From: Candidatus Heimdallarchaeota archaeon
GTDB lineage: Archaea; Asgardarchaeota; Heimdallarchaeia; Heimdallarchaeales; Kariarchaeaceae
Direction: 5' to 3'
DNA: 32,000 bases
Assembly: GCA_030149205.1 (NCBI GenBank)
Contig: JASBSB010000001.1
Location: 30,001-62,000, forward strand
In this document: positions 8,207 to 17,048 of the stretch, in pieces
Numbering within the stretch: position 1 is the first letter of the stretch
Layout: each line of letters opens with the position of its first letter
Translations under genes and position numbers: made by a program
The notes under the pieces: generated by a model
Told to the model about the DNA's origin: nothing
Seen by the model: only the letters and a program-made list of their open reading frames with translations
Databases searched by the model: none

Positions 8207-11200
8207 TTAATTTTTGATTAATTTTCTCTTTTTCATTAAGCTAACCACAGGTATCAGAACCACGGCAAGGATAGGTGTCCATCCAAAGCTCACAAAACTG
8301 ACTCCAGGTTTAGAGGTGACAGTTGACGAGGTTAACTCACCACCTTTTGATGTTGATGCAAAAACTGCACCACCAGATGAATATGCAGAGCTTGAACCCT
8401 GTCCAGTTGCTGAGGACTGACTTTGTTCTTGTGCTGCTGCTTCAGTGTTAAGTGACAGTAATGAACCTATTGTGGCACTAAATGTTGCACTAAACCCGAA
8501 CTTTGCGACAGTTCCGAAGGATGATTGTCCTTCTATCATGAACTCTATTAATGCGGGTGGAATATATCCTGAGCTCGTCTTAAGGGTCAGTGAAAGCGTT
8601 ATAGTAACACTTTCTCCAACTGCAAATGAAGTGTTTAGTAGGACCTGTGTATCTGTTCCAACAGTAGAAATACTAAGTGTACCCTTTGATGCTGAACTTG
8701 CAGTTACTGTAAAGTCAGCAAGAGGTAAGAACTGTGTAATTATTGCATGATCAGTTGCAGCATTTCCTATATTCTTTGCAGTTATGGTGAAAGTGAATTT
8801 TCCACTTGTGTCAGGTGTTGATGAGGATGTACTCAACTTAATTCTGGCCTCTGGGACTGCTGGGTTAAGACTAATGGTGGGCGGCAAAAGTAATGCCCCT
8901 ATAAGAGTTGAGACAGTAAATTCTTTTGTTTGTCCACCATATGGAAATGAGGTTACTCCACGATCGAAGAAATCAGTAGTCGTAGGTGCAACTTGACCCT
9001 TTTCAGATGTGAACTCAACAACTGCAAAGACTGGATGGTAGCCCACAAAGGTATTTGCACTTGGAACAGTATATGAAAATGAGGTGTTGGAATTTGCATT
9101 TAGGGTTCCAAGAGATTTTGTGTAAAACCTGTCAAATTCGGTTAGTTTCCAGTTTCTTCCTAGCTTGGCATGTACGAGATGAACCTTAACATCTGATGCA
9201 GCTGCATTTCCTGTATTGAAAACACTGACATCGAACGTGATGGGGTCTCCAACATTATAAACCTGTTTGTTATCTTTGAATCTTACAGTTGCGCCAATTA
9301 CTGCCTCATCATCAGCGATCTGAATATTCTGACCATTTGATAATCCGAAGAATTTGAAACCTTGTGCATCTTGCCAGGTAAACATTACTCCCATGGTAAT
9401 AAATGCGTCAACTGAAGCACCTAATGGGTTATGAATTGCATCAGTATAGAATGAGAGTGGGCGTCCAGAGAAGTTCTCTAATGCAAAAATGTATTGCATT
9501 AGCTCATTGTAATTTCTGGGGCTTGATTGTAAGGTCAATTTATTAAAGGAAATGCCTCCTGCAGAGGTTGTCCCCTTAACTAATTTCATATATGCGAGGT
9601 TATCACTAGCAGATGGAATGTTTGTTATCTGGAGCTGTAAATTTACAGATGCTCCAGCAGCAATGCTTGGAACGGTTGCCTCTAAAAATGTCATATTGAT
9701 TGGATTCACAGACCCAACAGTTCTTTGTACTGCTGTAAAGTTGACGGGTAACAATTTGAAAATTGGGATTTTATCATAGTAGGCCGCCAATGATGAGTTA
9801 AACGTTGCACTTAATGTAGAAGGTAACGAATCTCTTAGAGCTGTCCTCAATTTAGGAAAATCTGTGGCAGTTGTGATAGAGACTGCGTTTAATGCGGGTA
9901 CAATATAATTATACACCGCACTTATAGCTCCTTGAGGAGCACCATCAGGTGTGAGTAATGAGACACTAAAGTCAGCTCCTGTTATCGATTTAGAGTAAAT
10001 AGAGTAGGAAGTTGTTGTATTCCAATCTGCTAATTTTCCAGACGAGTTGTAATACCATCCATCCAGTGAAAGGAAATTAAAGTTGAAACTGTTTGATATT
10101 CCAGCGATTGTACTACTCACAGAAATATTAAAATTGGTAGTGAAAGTACTATTTAGAGTTATTCCAGATCTGATCCTGTACATACTCATATTAGCATTTA
10201 CAATTCTGTTGAAATCCTTCCCAAGTGGAAAGCTTAACTTGACGTTATTGGCAACTTCTGACCCAATATTTGTCAGATTAAAATTAGCTTCTAATGTACC
10301 CTGTGTGTTAAGCTTGGTTTGATTTATGCTTAAATGATTTTCCACCATTGGAAATGTCTTGGACATCCCCACTTTGAATGTGTATGTGTAATCAGGCGCA
10401 GTTGGTAGAGTATAATCACTTCTGAAGCTTCTTACATCCCAAAATGCCTCGCTAGTTACCTGAGGTAATGGGTTAGATGTTTGAGCTGGTGAAATTGCTA
10501 CGGTGGTAATTGGATAAGGAATATTTATTCTTACTCTGCTCAAACCTCTGATTGTGTCAGGGGTTGGTGCAGAACCAAAAATAGACTTAACACTGATTTT
10601 GTACTCTCCACTTGTTCCTGTGTTTACAATACCGTTAGGTGAAACAAAATATCCCCACGTACTTGCATAACTGTCTCCTCCGTAGTTTAACACACTATAG
10701 GCAAAACCAAACGGTTTGTTAGTGACTGAAATTGCGTTAAAAAGATCGCTGAAACCACCTGTCCTTATACCTTTGACGTCAGATAGGACTGAGGACGCAA
10801 TAGTATCATTTCCACCTGCGAACATGAAAACATATCCTTTTGCAGTTAGACCTACCGAGTAGGTGAGGTGCATTTTAACACTATATTTTGCCTCAAGAGC
10901 AGTTGCGGCTATGTTTGCCTGATCTACTGCCTGACTTAAAGTCATAGTTATTGGATAAAGTAAAGCCAATGACAATCCATCGGGAAAACTACTTGGGATT
11001 CTTTGAAGGTAGGTGTCGTATCCAGAGTTATTCACATAGGCAACCTGCCAGCTGACAGCAGTTTTAAATCCGTTGCTGCTTGGGCTGATTGCTGCTGGAA
11101 ATGAAGCTGAACCACCATGAACCACGATTCTGTTCAAGGTTGCAGTTCCCTTTCCTGCGATGACTGTTGCATATTCAAGTCCATAACTGGTTACAAGAGA

Positions 11201-11320
11201 ATTCTTTGACAGATCATTTTGTATAATCTGCTGATTCGCTGTTACCGAGCTAGAGAGCATTAATAACATCATCATCGCCGATAATATTACAGTAAGTTTT
11301 GATATTTTATTATTCATCAT
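8207..11320 (-). CDS. Large secreted, C-terminally anchored cell-surface (S-layer-like) glycoprotein with CARDB/Ig-like domains
   Basis: Signal peptide (MMNNKISKLTVILSAMMMLLML...VTA); NxG-type Ig/CARDB strands (NLTNIG, VFNTGNAAA, AKNIGNAA); many N-x-S/T sequons; Ser/Thr linker; PGVSF-TM-KKRK tail; AGGTGA SD. Confidence 0.8.
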   Translation of the reverse strand: MMNNKISKLTVILSAMMMLLMLSSSVTANQQIIQNDLSKNSLVTSYGLEYATVIAGKGTATLNRIVVHGGSASFPAAISPSSNGFKTAVSWQVAYVNNSGYDTYLQRIPSSFPDGLSLALLYPITMTLSQAVDQANIAATALEAKYSVKMHLTYSVGLTAKGYVFMFAGGNDTIASSVLSDVKGIRTGGFSDLFNAISVTNKPFGFAYSVLNYGGDSYASTWGYFVSPNGIVNTGTSGEYKISVKSIFGSAPTPDTIRGLSRVRINIPYPITTVAISPAQTSNPLPQVTSEAFWDVRSFRSDYTLPTAPDYTYTFKVGMSKTFPMVENHLSINQTKLNTQGTLEANFNLTNIGSEVANNVKLSFPLGKDFNRIVNANMSMYRIRSGITLNSTFTTNFNISVSSTIAGISNSFNFNFLSLDGWYYNSSGKLADWNTTTSYSIYSKSITGADFSVSLLTPDGAPQGAISAVYNYIVPALNAVSITTATDFPKLRTALRDSLPSTLSATFNSSLAAYYDKIPIFKLLPVNFTAVQRTVGSVNPINMTFLEATVPSIAAGASVNLQLQITNIPSASDNLAYMKLVKGTTSAGGISFNKLTLQSSPRNYNELMQYIFALENFSGRPLSFYTDAIHNPLGASVDAFITMGVMFTWQDAQGFKFFGLSNGQNIQIADDEAVIGATVRFKDNKQVYNVGDPITFDVSVFNTGNAAASDVKVHLVHAKLGRNWKLTEFDRFYTKSLGTLNANSNTSFSYTVPSANTFVGYHPVFAVVEFTSEKGQVAPTTTDFFDRGVTSFPYGGQTKEFTVSTLIGALLLPPTISLNPAVPEARIKLSTSSSTPDTSGKFTFTITAKNIGNAATDHAIITQFLPLADFTVTASSASKGTLSISTVGTDTQVLLNTSFAVGESVTITLSLTLKTSSGYIPPALIEFMIEGQSSFGTVAKFGFSATFSATIGSLLSLNTEAAAQEQSQSSATGQGSSSAYSSGGAVFASTSKGGELTSSTVTSKPGVSFVSFGWTPILAVVLIPVVSLMKKRKLIKN

Positions 11321-11478
11321 ATCACCTAGAGTGGAATAATTTGTTAATTACAATTACAACTTTCTTCTATAAATACTTAATTGAACATTGTATTATTAAA
11401 GCTTAATCAAATAATTTGGGAGTTATATGAGTGTAGTAATTGAACAACGTTCTTTTCCAACAGATTTTTTTACATACA

Positions 11479-12417
11479 TCATATACCTAAGATATGATTT
11501 TGAGCAGCTTCGATTCCCTTAACAATAGAGTATTTGGTCAATTGAGGGCTATTATCTTTTAGTTTCGAGGAGATGATACCTGCAAGAAATGAATCTCCTG
11601 CTCCTGTAAAATTAATACCAGGTTGTTTTAGCTTAGGCACCTCAACGGTAATTGATTCTGAAGGTGTATCAATTTGGACGTCTTTTGCTGTATGAAGCAA
11701 TTTATTGTAGCTTAAACCTTTAAGGTTCTCATTAAAATACGATTCCTCAAATTCATTGTAGAGAAGATAACTATTGGTGTCCTTCAATAGTTTTCTCAAG
11801 AGATTGAAAAGAGCTTGTTCATCTCGATGAAAATCAAAGTTAGATGGTTCTATCAACACAAGACCAGAATTTGTAGATTCTGCATTCAATGCTAATTTGA
11901 TCACATCAAGCTCGTCAAAAATTTCTTGATATTTATATCCATTTGAAGCCAGATATAGTGATGCAATCCACTCAGGCGACTTGGGATTTAATCCCCAATT
12001 TAGGTACATTTTAATGGGACTCCCCACCCATAAGTCATACACATCTTTTGAGAACTCAGGTTTGCCCAGAGAGGATACCACAGAATTGTATTGGTTATCC
12101 CCCTCAAGCCAGTTTATGGCAACGGTTTGATTCTGATCCTTAGTGAGAATAGGCGATAGTTCTGTGTATTTAAGCTTCAATTTATTGAGCATCAGTACAA
12201 AATAGTTCGACATAGAGCTTACCAAAGTATTAGGAATTTTGAGTTTCTCTAACTCTATAGAAACATTGACACCATTTCCCCCGGGTCGTTGAAGAATTGA
12301 AGCAGTTCTGTTATGGTTTCCTGGAACTGGAAGCTTATCTAGAAATTCTCCCTCTTTATTTTTAGCCTCGACAATTATATCAATGAAGCTAGGATCGAAT
12401 CCAACAGCTAGGGTCAC
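11479..12417 (-). CDS. PfkB/ribokinase-family carbohydrate or nucleoside kinase
   Basis: PGGNGVNVS (PfkB signature 1), YNEFE, and FTGAGDSFLAG (anion hole). Confidence 0.85.
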   Translation of the reverse strand: MTLAVGFDPSFIDIIVEAKNKEGEFLDKLPVPGNHNRTASILQRPGGNGVNVSIELEKLKIPNTLVSSMSNYFVLMLNKLKLKYTELSPILTKDQNQTVAINWLEGDNQYNSVVSSLGKPEFSKDVYDLWVGSPIKMYLNWGLNPKSPEWIASLYLASNGYKYQEIFDELDVIKLALNAESTNSGLVLIEPSNFDFHRDEQALFNLLRKLLKDTNSYLLYNEFEESYFNENLKGLSYNKLLHTAKDVQIDTPSESITVEVPKLKQPGINFTGAGDSFLAGIISSKLKDNSPQLTKYSIVKGIEAAQNHILGI

Positions 12418-12466
12418 AAGATGGTATGATAAGGATTTTATTTAATTTAGACTGTTCTAAATAGTT

Positions 12467-13963
12467 TCAATTGAGATGTTGTTTAAGATAATTAATCAAG
12501 TCAGATTCTTTAACTTCAATGGTCTCTTTATTTCTCATATCCCTAATGCTCACTTGATTATTCTCAACATCTTTAGGTCCAATCAGAATTGCATAGTGGG
12601 AACCTGATTGATCTGCGACCTCAAGGTGCTTCTTAACTTTCCATTTAAAGGGATTGTTAAGGACTGTATAACCCACATTTCTTAATAAATGACTAATTTC
12701 AATAGATTTGGCAATCTGATCCTTCTTAATTGGTGCAACATAGATATTAGATGATTCAGTCTGAGTTGTTAATGTAATCCTTCGGGACTTGAGGACCTCA
12801 AGTATGGCTGCTTCACCCATTCCAAATCCAACCCCAGACAAGGGTAAGCCTCCAACCGCTTCTACCAGATTCTCATATCTTCCACCTCCACATAATGCTC
12901 TAACTATTCTTCCAGTTCTGTCAAACGCTTCATATACAATTCCAGTGTAATAATCAAGTCCTCGAGCAAGTCCGAGGTCGAATTCAATGACATCGTTAAT
13001 TCCCCAGCTTTCAAAGGTTTCTGAAATTAATCGTAATTCCTCAAAGGGTTTTATACAGCTTTCTGGGAGGTCTATCTTACTTAATTCATTTATAACTTGT
13101 TTGGGGTCACCTTTTATGTTTGTAATCGATATTATTGTCTCAATCAAGTTAACGTCTGTTATACCAATTTCATTCATTGATTTTGAGAGAACAGCAATTT
13201 CAATTGTTTCTCTTTCTTCAACAAGGACAAGTAGATTTGATTCCGCGTTGTTAGAAAGTTCAATATAATACTCACCTTTTGCTGATATTAACTGTCTGTA
13301 TTGTTTAGCTTTTTCGGGTGCCTCCTTAGGTTTACCCATCTCAACATATCTTCTTTCTACTTCCTCTTGAATAAGTTTGAGTTTTTTATCTACAATTTCC
13401 AATATCTTGCGAATTTTGTCTTTAAGACCCAAGGAGACTAAAAATTCTGTTATTAACTTTCTATGATTTACAAGAATAGCAAAATCATCAGATTTCAATC
13501 CTGTGGCAAACAAAATTTTTGCAACAATTGCAATGGTTTCAATGTCTGCCATAACTGAATCCTCTCCCAGAATATCGACATTGAGTTGCCAGAATTCACG
13601 ACTTCTACCTCTTTGAGGTGTTTCATCCCTGAACAATCTTGGAATAGAAAACCAACGAATAGGCTTGGTGTAACGAACTTGTTCTTTAGCAAGCATGCGA
13701 GCCAATGTTGGTGTTTGTTCTGGCCTTAATACCAAAGTCTTCCCGAATCTATCTTTCAACTGGAACACCTCACCCATTAGATTTTCACCAGATTTTGCCT
13801 CATATAATGAGCGGTATTCTAAGGATGGACCTTCATATTCCTGATAAGAAAAACTTAGACATATATTTTTCATTATCTTAAGAAGTTGATTCAACTCTTC
13901 CCAATTTTCTGGATAATAATCATAAAATCCATTTGCAGGTTGGAGTAGGTTATTAGACTCCAC
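12467..13963 (-). CDS. hisS: Histidyl-tRNA synthetase with an enlarged insertion domain
   Basis: LRPEQT, FRDETPQRGRSREFWQ (motif 2), LARGLDYYTG, GGGRY, GVGFGMG (motif 3) and a C-terminal anticodon-binding domain. ORF is open from GTG 13984; GTG 13963 is a plausible start. Confidence 0.95.
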   Translation of the reverse strand: MESNNLLQPANGFYDYYPENWEELNQLLKIMKNICLSFSYQEYEGPSLEYRSLYEAKSGENLMGEVFQLKDRFGKTLVLRPEQTPTLARMLAKEQVRYTKPIRWFSIPRLFRDETPQRGRSREFWQLNVDILGEDSVMADIETIAIVAKILFATGLKSDDFAILVNHRKLITEFLVSLGLKDKIRKILEIVDKKLKLIQEEVERRYVEMGKPKEAPEKAKQYRQLISAKGEYYIELSNNAESNLLVLVEERETIEIAVLSKSMNEIGITDVNLIETIISITNIKGDPKQVINELSKIDLPESCIKPFEELRLISETFESWGINDVIEFDLGLARGLDYYTGIVYEAFDRTGRIVRALCGGGRYENLVEAVGGLPLSGVGFGMGEAAILEVLKSRRITLTTQTESSNIYVAPIKKDQIAKSIEISHLLRNVGYTVLNNPFKWKVKKHLEVADQSGSHYAILIGPKDVENNQVSIRDMRNKETIEVKESDLINYLKQHLN

Positions 13964-14169
13964 AATTATTCTTGAATAGAGCACATTAAAGCTTCATCGG
14001 TTGAAACCTGCCACGAAAAAGTTTAGTAAAAATATTGATCTGGTGTTTGGTTTGCATAATCCAATGCAAGAAATAAATTGAATAATTCTCAGTTACAATT
14101 TCATAATTTGGTACCTGGTGATTATTAGATTTCAATAGGTTATTATGTACTAAAAACCAATATTATATT

Positions 14170-14841
14170 ATGGGGATTTTCCGCAAAAAGGAAACAACAC
14201 AAGATATCAACAATTTCGAGCACTGGGTTATTGCAGTAATAGAACAATTAGATTTGGATGTAAAGAACATTGGTATTTTGGCGGTACTTGGTGGGATATT
14301 GATTCTCATCAAAAACCAAGGGATTTTATGGGTTCCATATAAACATATCAAAGAAATTACACATAAGGTAGAAACTAAGGACCTCGGTGAACCCGGCGTT
14401 GTGATATCTAGCTTGGTCATTGGTACAGTTTTAAATTTTTCACTCCCTGCTGTTCTAATGTCAACATTTGGGGTTAAGCGACTCTTCGAAATCTATGCCA
14501 AGTCTCCGCCTGAGAGGATGCTATCTGTTATTAATGGCCTGATTGCGGATATTGAGATCAAGAACATACAAGTAAATCGTTTACAAAAGGGATTTAAAGC
14601 TTTTCCAGTCTTTTCTGAGGAAGATTATCCCCTTGCTCTTCTGGAGATTAACTTAAAACTTTCTGATCAATCTAAACGTTCGATTATTCAGAGGGGAAAT
14701 GATTTTATTAAGAAATTACTGTTCCAAGAGGATCATCTGAGATTTCTAGTAACATCTGACGATAATCTGTTGCGCTTCGTGAATTTAGCAAAGAAATCAG
14801 GGTTAGAAGTTCGGGATTATAGAACTTTATTAACTGAATAG
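14170..14841 (+). CDS. Hypothetical protein
   Basis: 223-aa ATG ORF filling the space between hisS and the next gene; no confident family match. Confidence 0.7.
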   Translation: MGIFRKKETTQDINNFEHWVIAVIEQLDLDVKNIGILAVLGGILILIKNQGILWVPYKHIKEITHKVETKDLGEPGVVISSLVIGTVLNFSLPAVLMSTFGVKRLFEIYAKSPPERMLSVINGLIADIEIKNIQVNRLQKGFKAFPVFSEEDYPLALLEINLKLSDQSKRSIIQRGNDFIKKLLFQEDHLRFLVTSDDNLLRFVNLAKKSGLEVRDYRTLLTE

Positions 14842-14854
14842 AACAGATGCGAAA

Positions 14855-15325
14855 TTAAACATACCCTATAACCAAATCTACCTGTTCCCAGAATTCCACA
14901 TCGTTAGAATATTTTTCAATAACTGAATCCAGTAACAAAGAGTCACTTCTTAATCTTTCAACAAATATTCTTGGCCAAACTGCAATCACATGTAACCTGT
15001 TATCAGGAAGAATACCAAACAATATCCCGATTCGTTGGTTATTCTGTTTAACCACCCCAAGAAGGGCAAAAATAGCCAATTCGGATAAGTCATCTCCTGT
15101 GTTAGAGACAACCTGTTTCAAATTCCTGTACACTGAATAATGCTCATAAAGGTTTGAGTAATTAATCAGTGTGTCCAAAAAGCTTCTATCAACAGTAGGT
15201 TCTCCAAGAAAAGAAGAAATGTCAACAAACTCTATGAGAACGTCATCAAACTCTGATGAGGAGTCTACGCCCTCGAGTCTCACGATCCATTTATCACTTT
15301 GTTTGTCTTGATTAACAGTCAACAA
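14855..15325 (-). CDS. Hypothetical protein (acidic)
   Basis: 156-aa ORF convergent with the previous gene, no overlap; no family recognised. Confidence 0.65.
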   Translation of the reverse strand: MLTVNQDKQSDKWIVRLEGVDSSSEFDDVLIEFVDISSFLGEPTVDRSFLDTLINYSNLYEHYSVYRNLKQVVSNTGDDLSELAIFALLGVVKQNNQRIGILFGILPDNRLHVIAVWPRIFVERLRSDSLLLDSVIEKYSNDVEFWEQVDLVIGYV

Positions 15326-15429
15326 AAGTATTCAGAATACTCTCAATTAATTCTTTTCTATGAACTAACATATTAATGAGACTGAAACACTAAAATAGAA
15401 TTTATTTATGAGGGATAATTTCTTCAGTT

Positions 15430-15759
15430 ATGGCAATGCAAACACCCGGAAGCATCATGAAATTCAACACTTTTTCCCCCGAGGATAAAGCGTATACCAT
15501 CAAGCTTCTGGCTGCTTCTGTTATAGGGATATTATGGGGAGTCTTTTCAGGTGTCTTTTATCTATCATCCAGCTTCGTAAGCGGATGGTTAGGTCTCGGT
15601 GTTTTCCTTTTGCAAGCGTTCCTTTTGGGAGTCTATGTCAAGAGCAAATATAAACTTAACAAAATGTCTCTTATGAAGGCTTTCAGACACTCAATCTTGA
15701 TGTCATTTTTTAGTTTTGTTTTCCTTTGGGTAACTGTGTTTAACTTTTATGTGAATTAA
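15430..15759 (+). CDS. Three-TM EMC6/Rab5ip-like membrane protein (putative partner of an Oxa1-superfamily insertase)
   Basis: About 109 aa with three hydrophobic helices. C-terminal SFFSFVFLWVTVFN resembles the EMC6 terminal helix (GLFTYVLFWTFLYG). Confidence 0.6.
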   Translation: MAMQTPGSIMKFNTFSPEDKAYTIKLLAASVIGILWGVFSGVFYLSSSFVSGWLGLGVFLLQAFLLGVYVKSKYKLNKMSLMKAFRHSILMSFFSFVFLWVTVFNFYVN

Positions 15760-15894
15760 TAAATTATAGATCAAACCTATCAATGTTCTCGGAACCAAAA
15801 CTAATCCAATGGTACAACTAAACAAAAAAACTCAATAAAATATTATCTTTTTCACATTAGAATTTCATAATAATATCTATACAGTTATCGAATT

Positions 15895-16524
15895 CTATAC
15901 AGTGATACGAATTCCATTCAATGTGGTTATTTGAAATGAGTCGCCTGCGTTGGTTACTGAATATGTACCATCTCTATTGTTAGTTACAGTAGAGGTTCCA
16001 GGTGAGACGACTGTGACTGTGGCATCTCCAATTGGCATGGTTACACCGTTTATGACTCTGTAGATTGTGATAGTAGTCCCTACTTTGTTAAAGTTGTATT
16101 CCATAGTAAGATGATAAGTTTGCTTTAATGTATTCTTACTATTGCTCAGTTCCAGAGAAAATACTGAAACAACCAAGTATCCGTTAGCTCTAATTGTCAA
16201 CTGCGTGGGTTGAGCCACCTGAAAGTTTGAGGTAAATCCACGTGTCAAGAAACTGTTACTTAACCTGTTTAGTTGGGCCTGTACTTCAACGTCAAAATTT
16301 GAGGTATTTAATCCCTGAGAGAATCTTGCGAGTTCTATTTTAGATATCTGTTGAACGTTATCGCCCACATTGGACCAAGTTAGTATAAACTCACTGCTTC
16401 CTGCAGTAGGATCAGTGTATTGTGCTCTGTTTAGGTCTAATAGGACTGAGGTTATACCAAGGAGAAATGTTATTGTCAATATAGTTAACAACAAAAATAT
16501 TTGGCTTCTGTTCCGTAGTTTCAT
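15895..16524 (-). CDS. Type IV pilin-like protein (class III signal peptide)
   Basis: MKLRNRS|QIFLLLTILTITFLLG followed by a polar beta-rich domain; TGATG coupling with the upstream pilin. Confidence 0.75.
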   Translation of the reverse strand: MKLRNRSQIFLLLTILTITFLLGITSVLLDLNRAQYTDPTAGSSEFILTWSNVGDNVQQISKIELARFSQGLNTSNFDVEVQAQLNRLSNSFLTRGFTSNFQVAQPTQLTIRANGYLVVSVFSLELSNSKNTLKQTYHLTMEYNFNKVGTTITIYRVINGVTMPIGDATVTVVSPGTSTVTNNRDGTYSVTNAGDSFQITTLNGIRITV

Positions 16525-17018
16525 CAGACCACCCAGCTTGTAATAACGAATTTAAAGGCATCGAAACTTGGGCCATAGACACTTGAATAATACCCCGGTG
16601 AGTAATATTCAAATGATGTTGTTTGCTGGACTGCTATTTGAGGAACGTCTTGATTAGCGATATCTATTAATTGAAAATTTCCCTGACCGTTTGTATCATA
16701 AAATAGCTTTACAGAAAATTCTGTGTTTGGCAGTAGCCCTGCATAAATAGCTGTTACTAGCTGCTGTTCTGTGGCATTGGTGTCCTTAAGAAATGAACCA
16801 TTCAAGTACTGTTGTTTTGCTGCTTCTTCATATTTCGCAAGTAAACCTGATGATTGAAGCTCTTGAGTTACACTTTTTAAAACATCCAAACTTTTGGAGT
16901 TATCAACCTTGGAAGGAGCTGGAAAATTTTGTGCAGCGAACAAGCTGCTTATAAGAATTATCAGAACAGATAATGCAACGATAACTTCTATCAAAAAAAG
17001 TTGGCTTCTTTTATTCAT
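16524..17018 (-). CDS. Type IV pilin-like protein (class III signal peptide)
   Basis: MNKRS|QLFLIEVIVALSVLIILI. ORF is open from 17042; Met at 17018 is the likely start. Confidence 0.78.
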   Translation of the reverse strand: MNKRSQLFLIEVIVALSVLIILISSLFAAQNFPAPSKVDNSKSLDVLKSVTQELQSSGLLAKYEEAAKQQYLNGSFLKDTNATEQQLVTAIYAGLLPNTEFSVKLFYDTNGQGNFQLIDIANQDVPQIAVQQTTSFEYYSPGYYSSVYGPSFDAFKFVITSWVV

Positions 17019-17048
17019 CTTTTTCGCTCTTATTTTTATCATTTTATT

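Noticed and set aside
8207-11320. Higher GC of the surface-protein gene as evidence of horizontal transfer
   Set aside because: It is explained by the Gly/Ala/Thr/Pro/Val-rich, Lys/Glu-poor protein; no mobility genes or flanking repeats are present.
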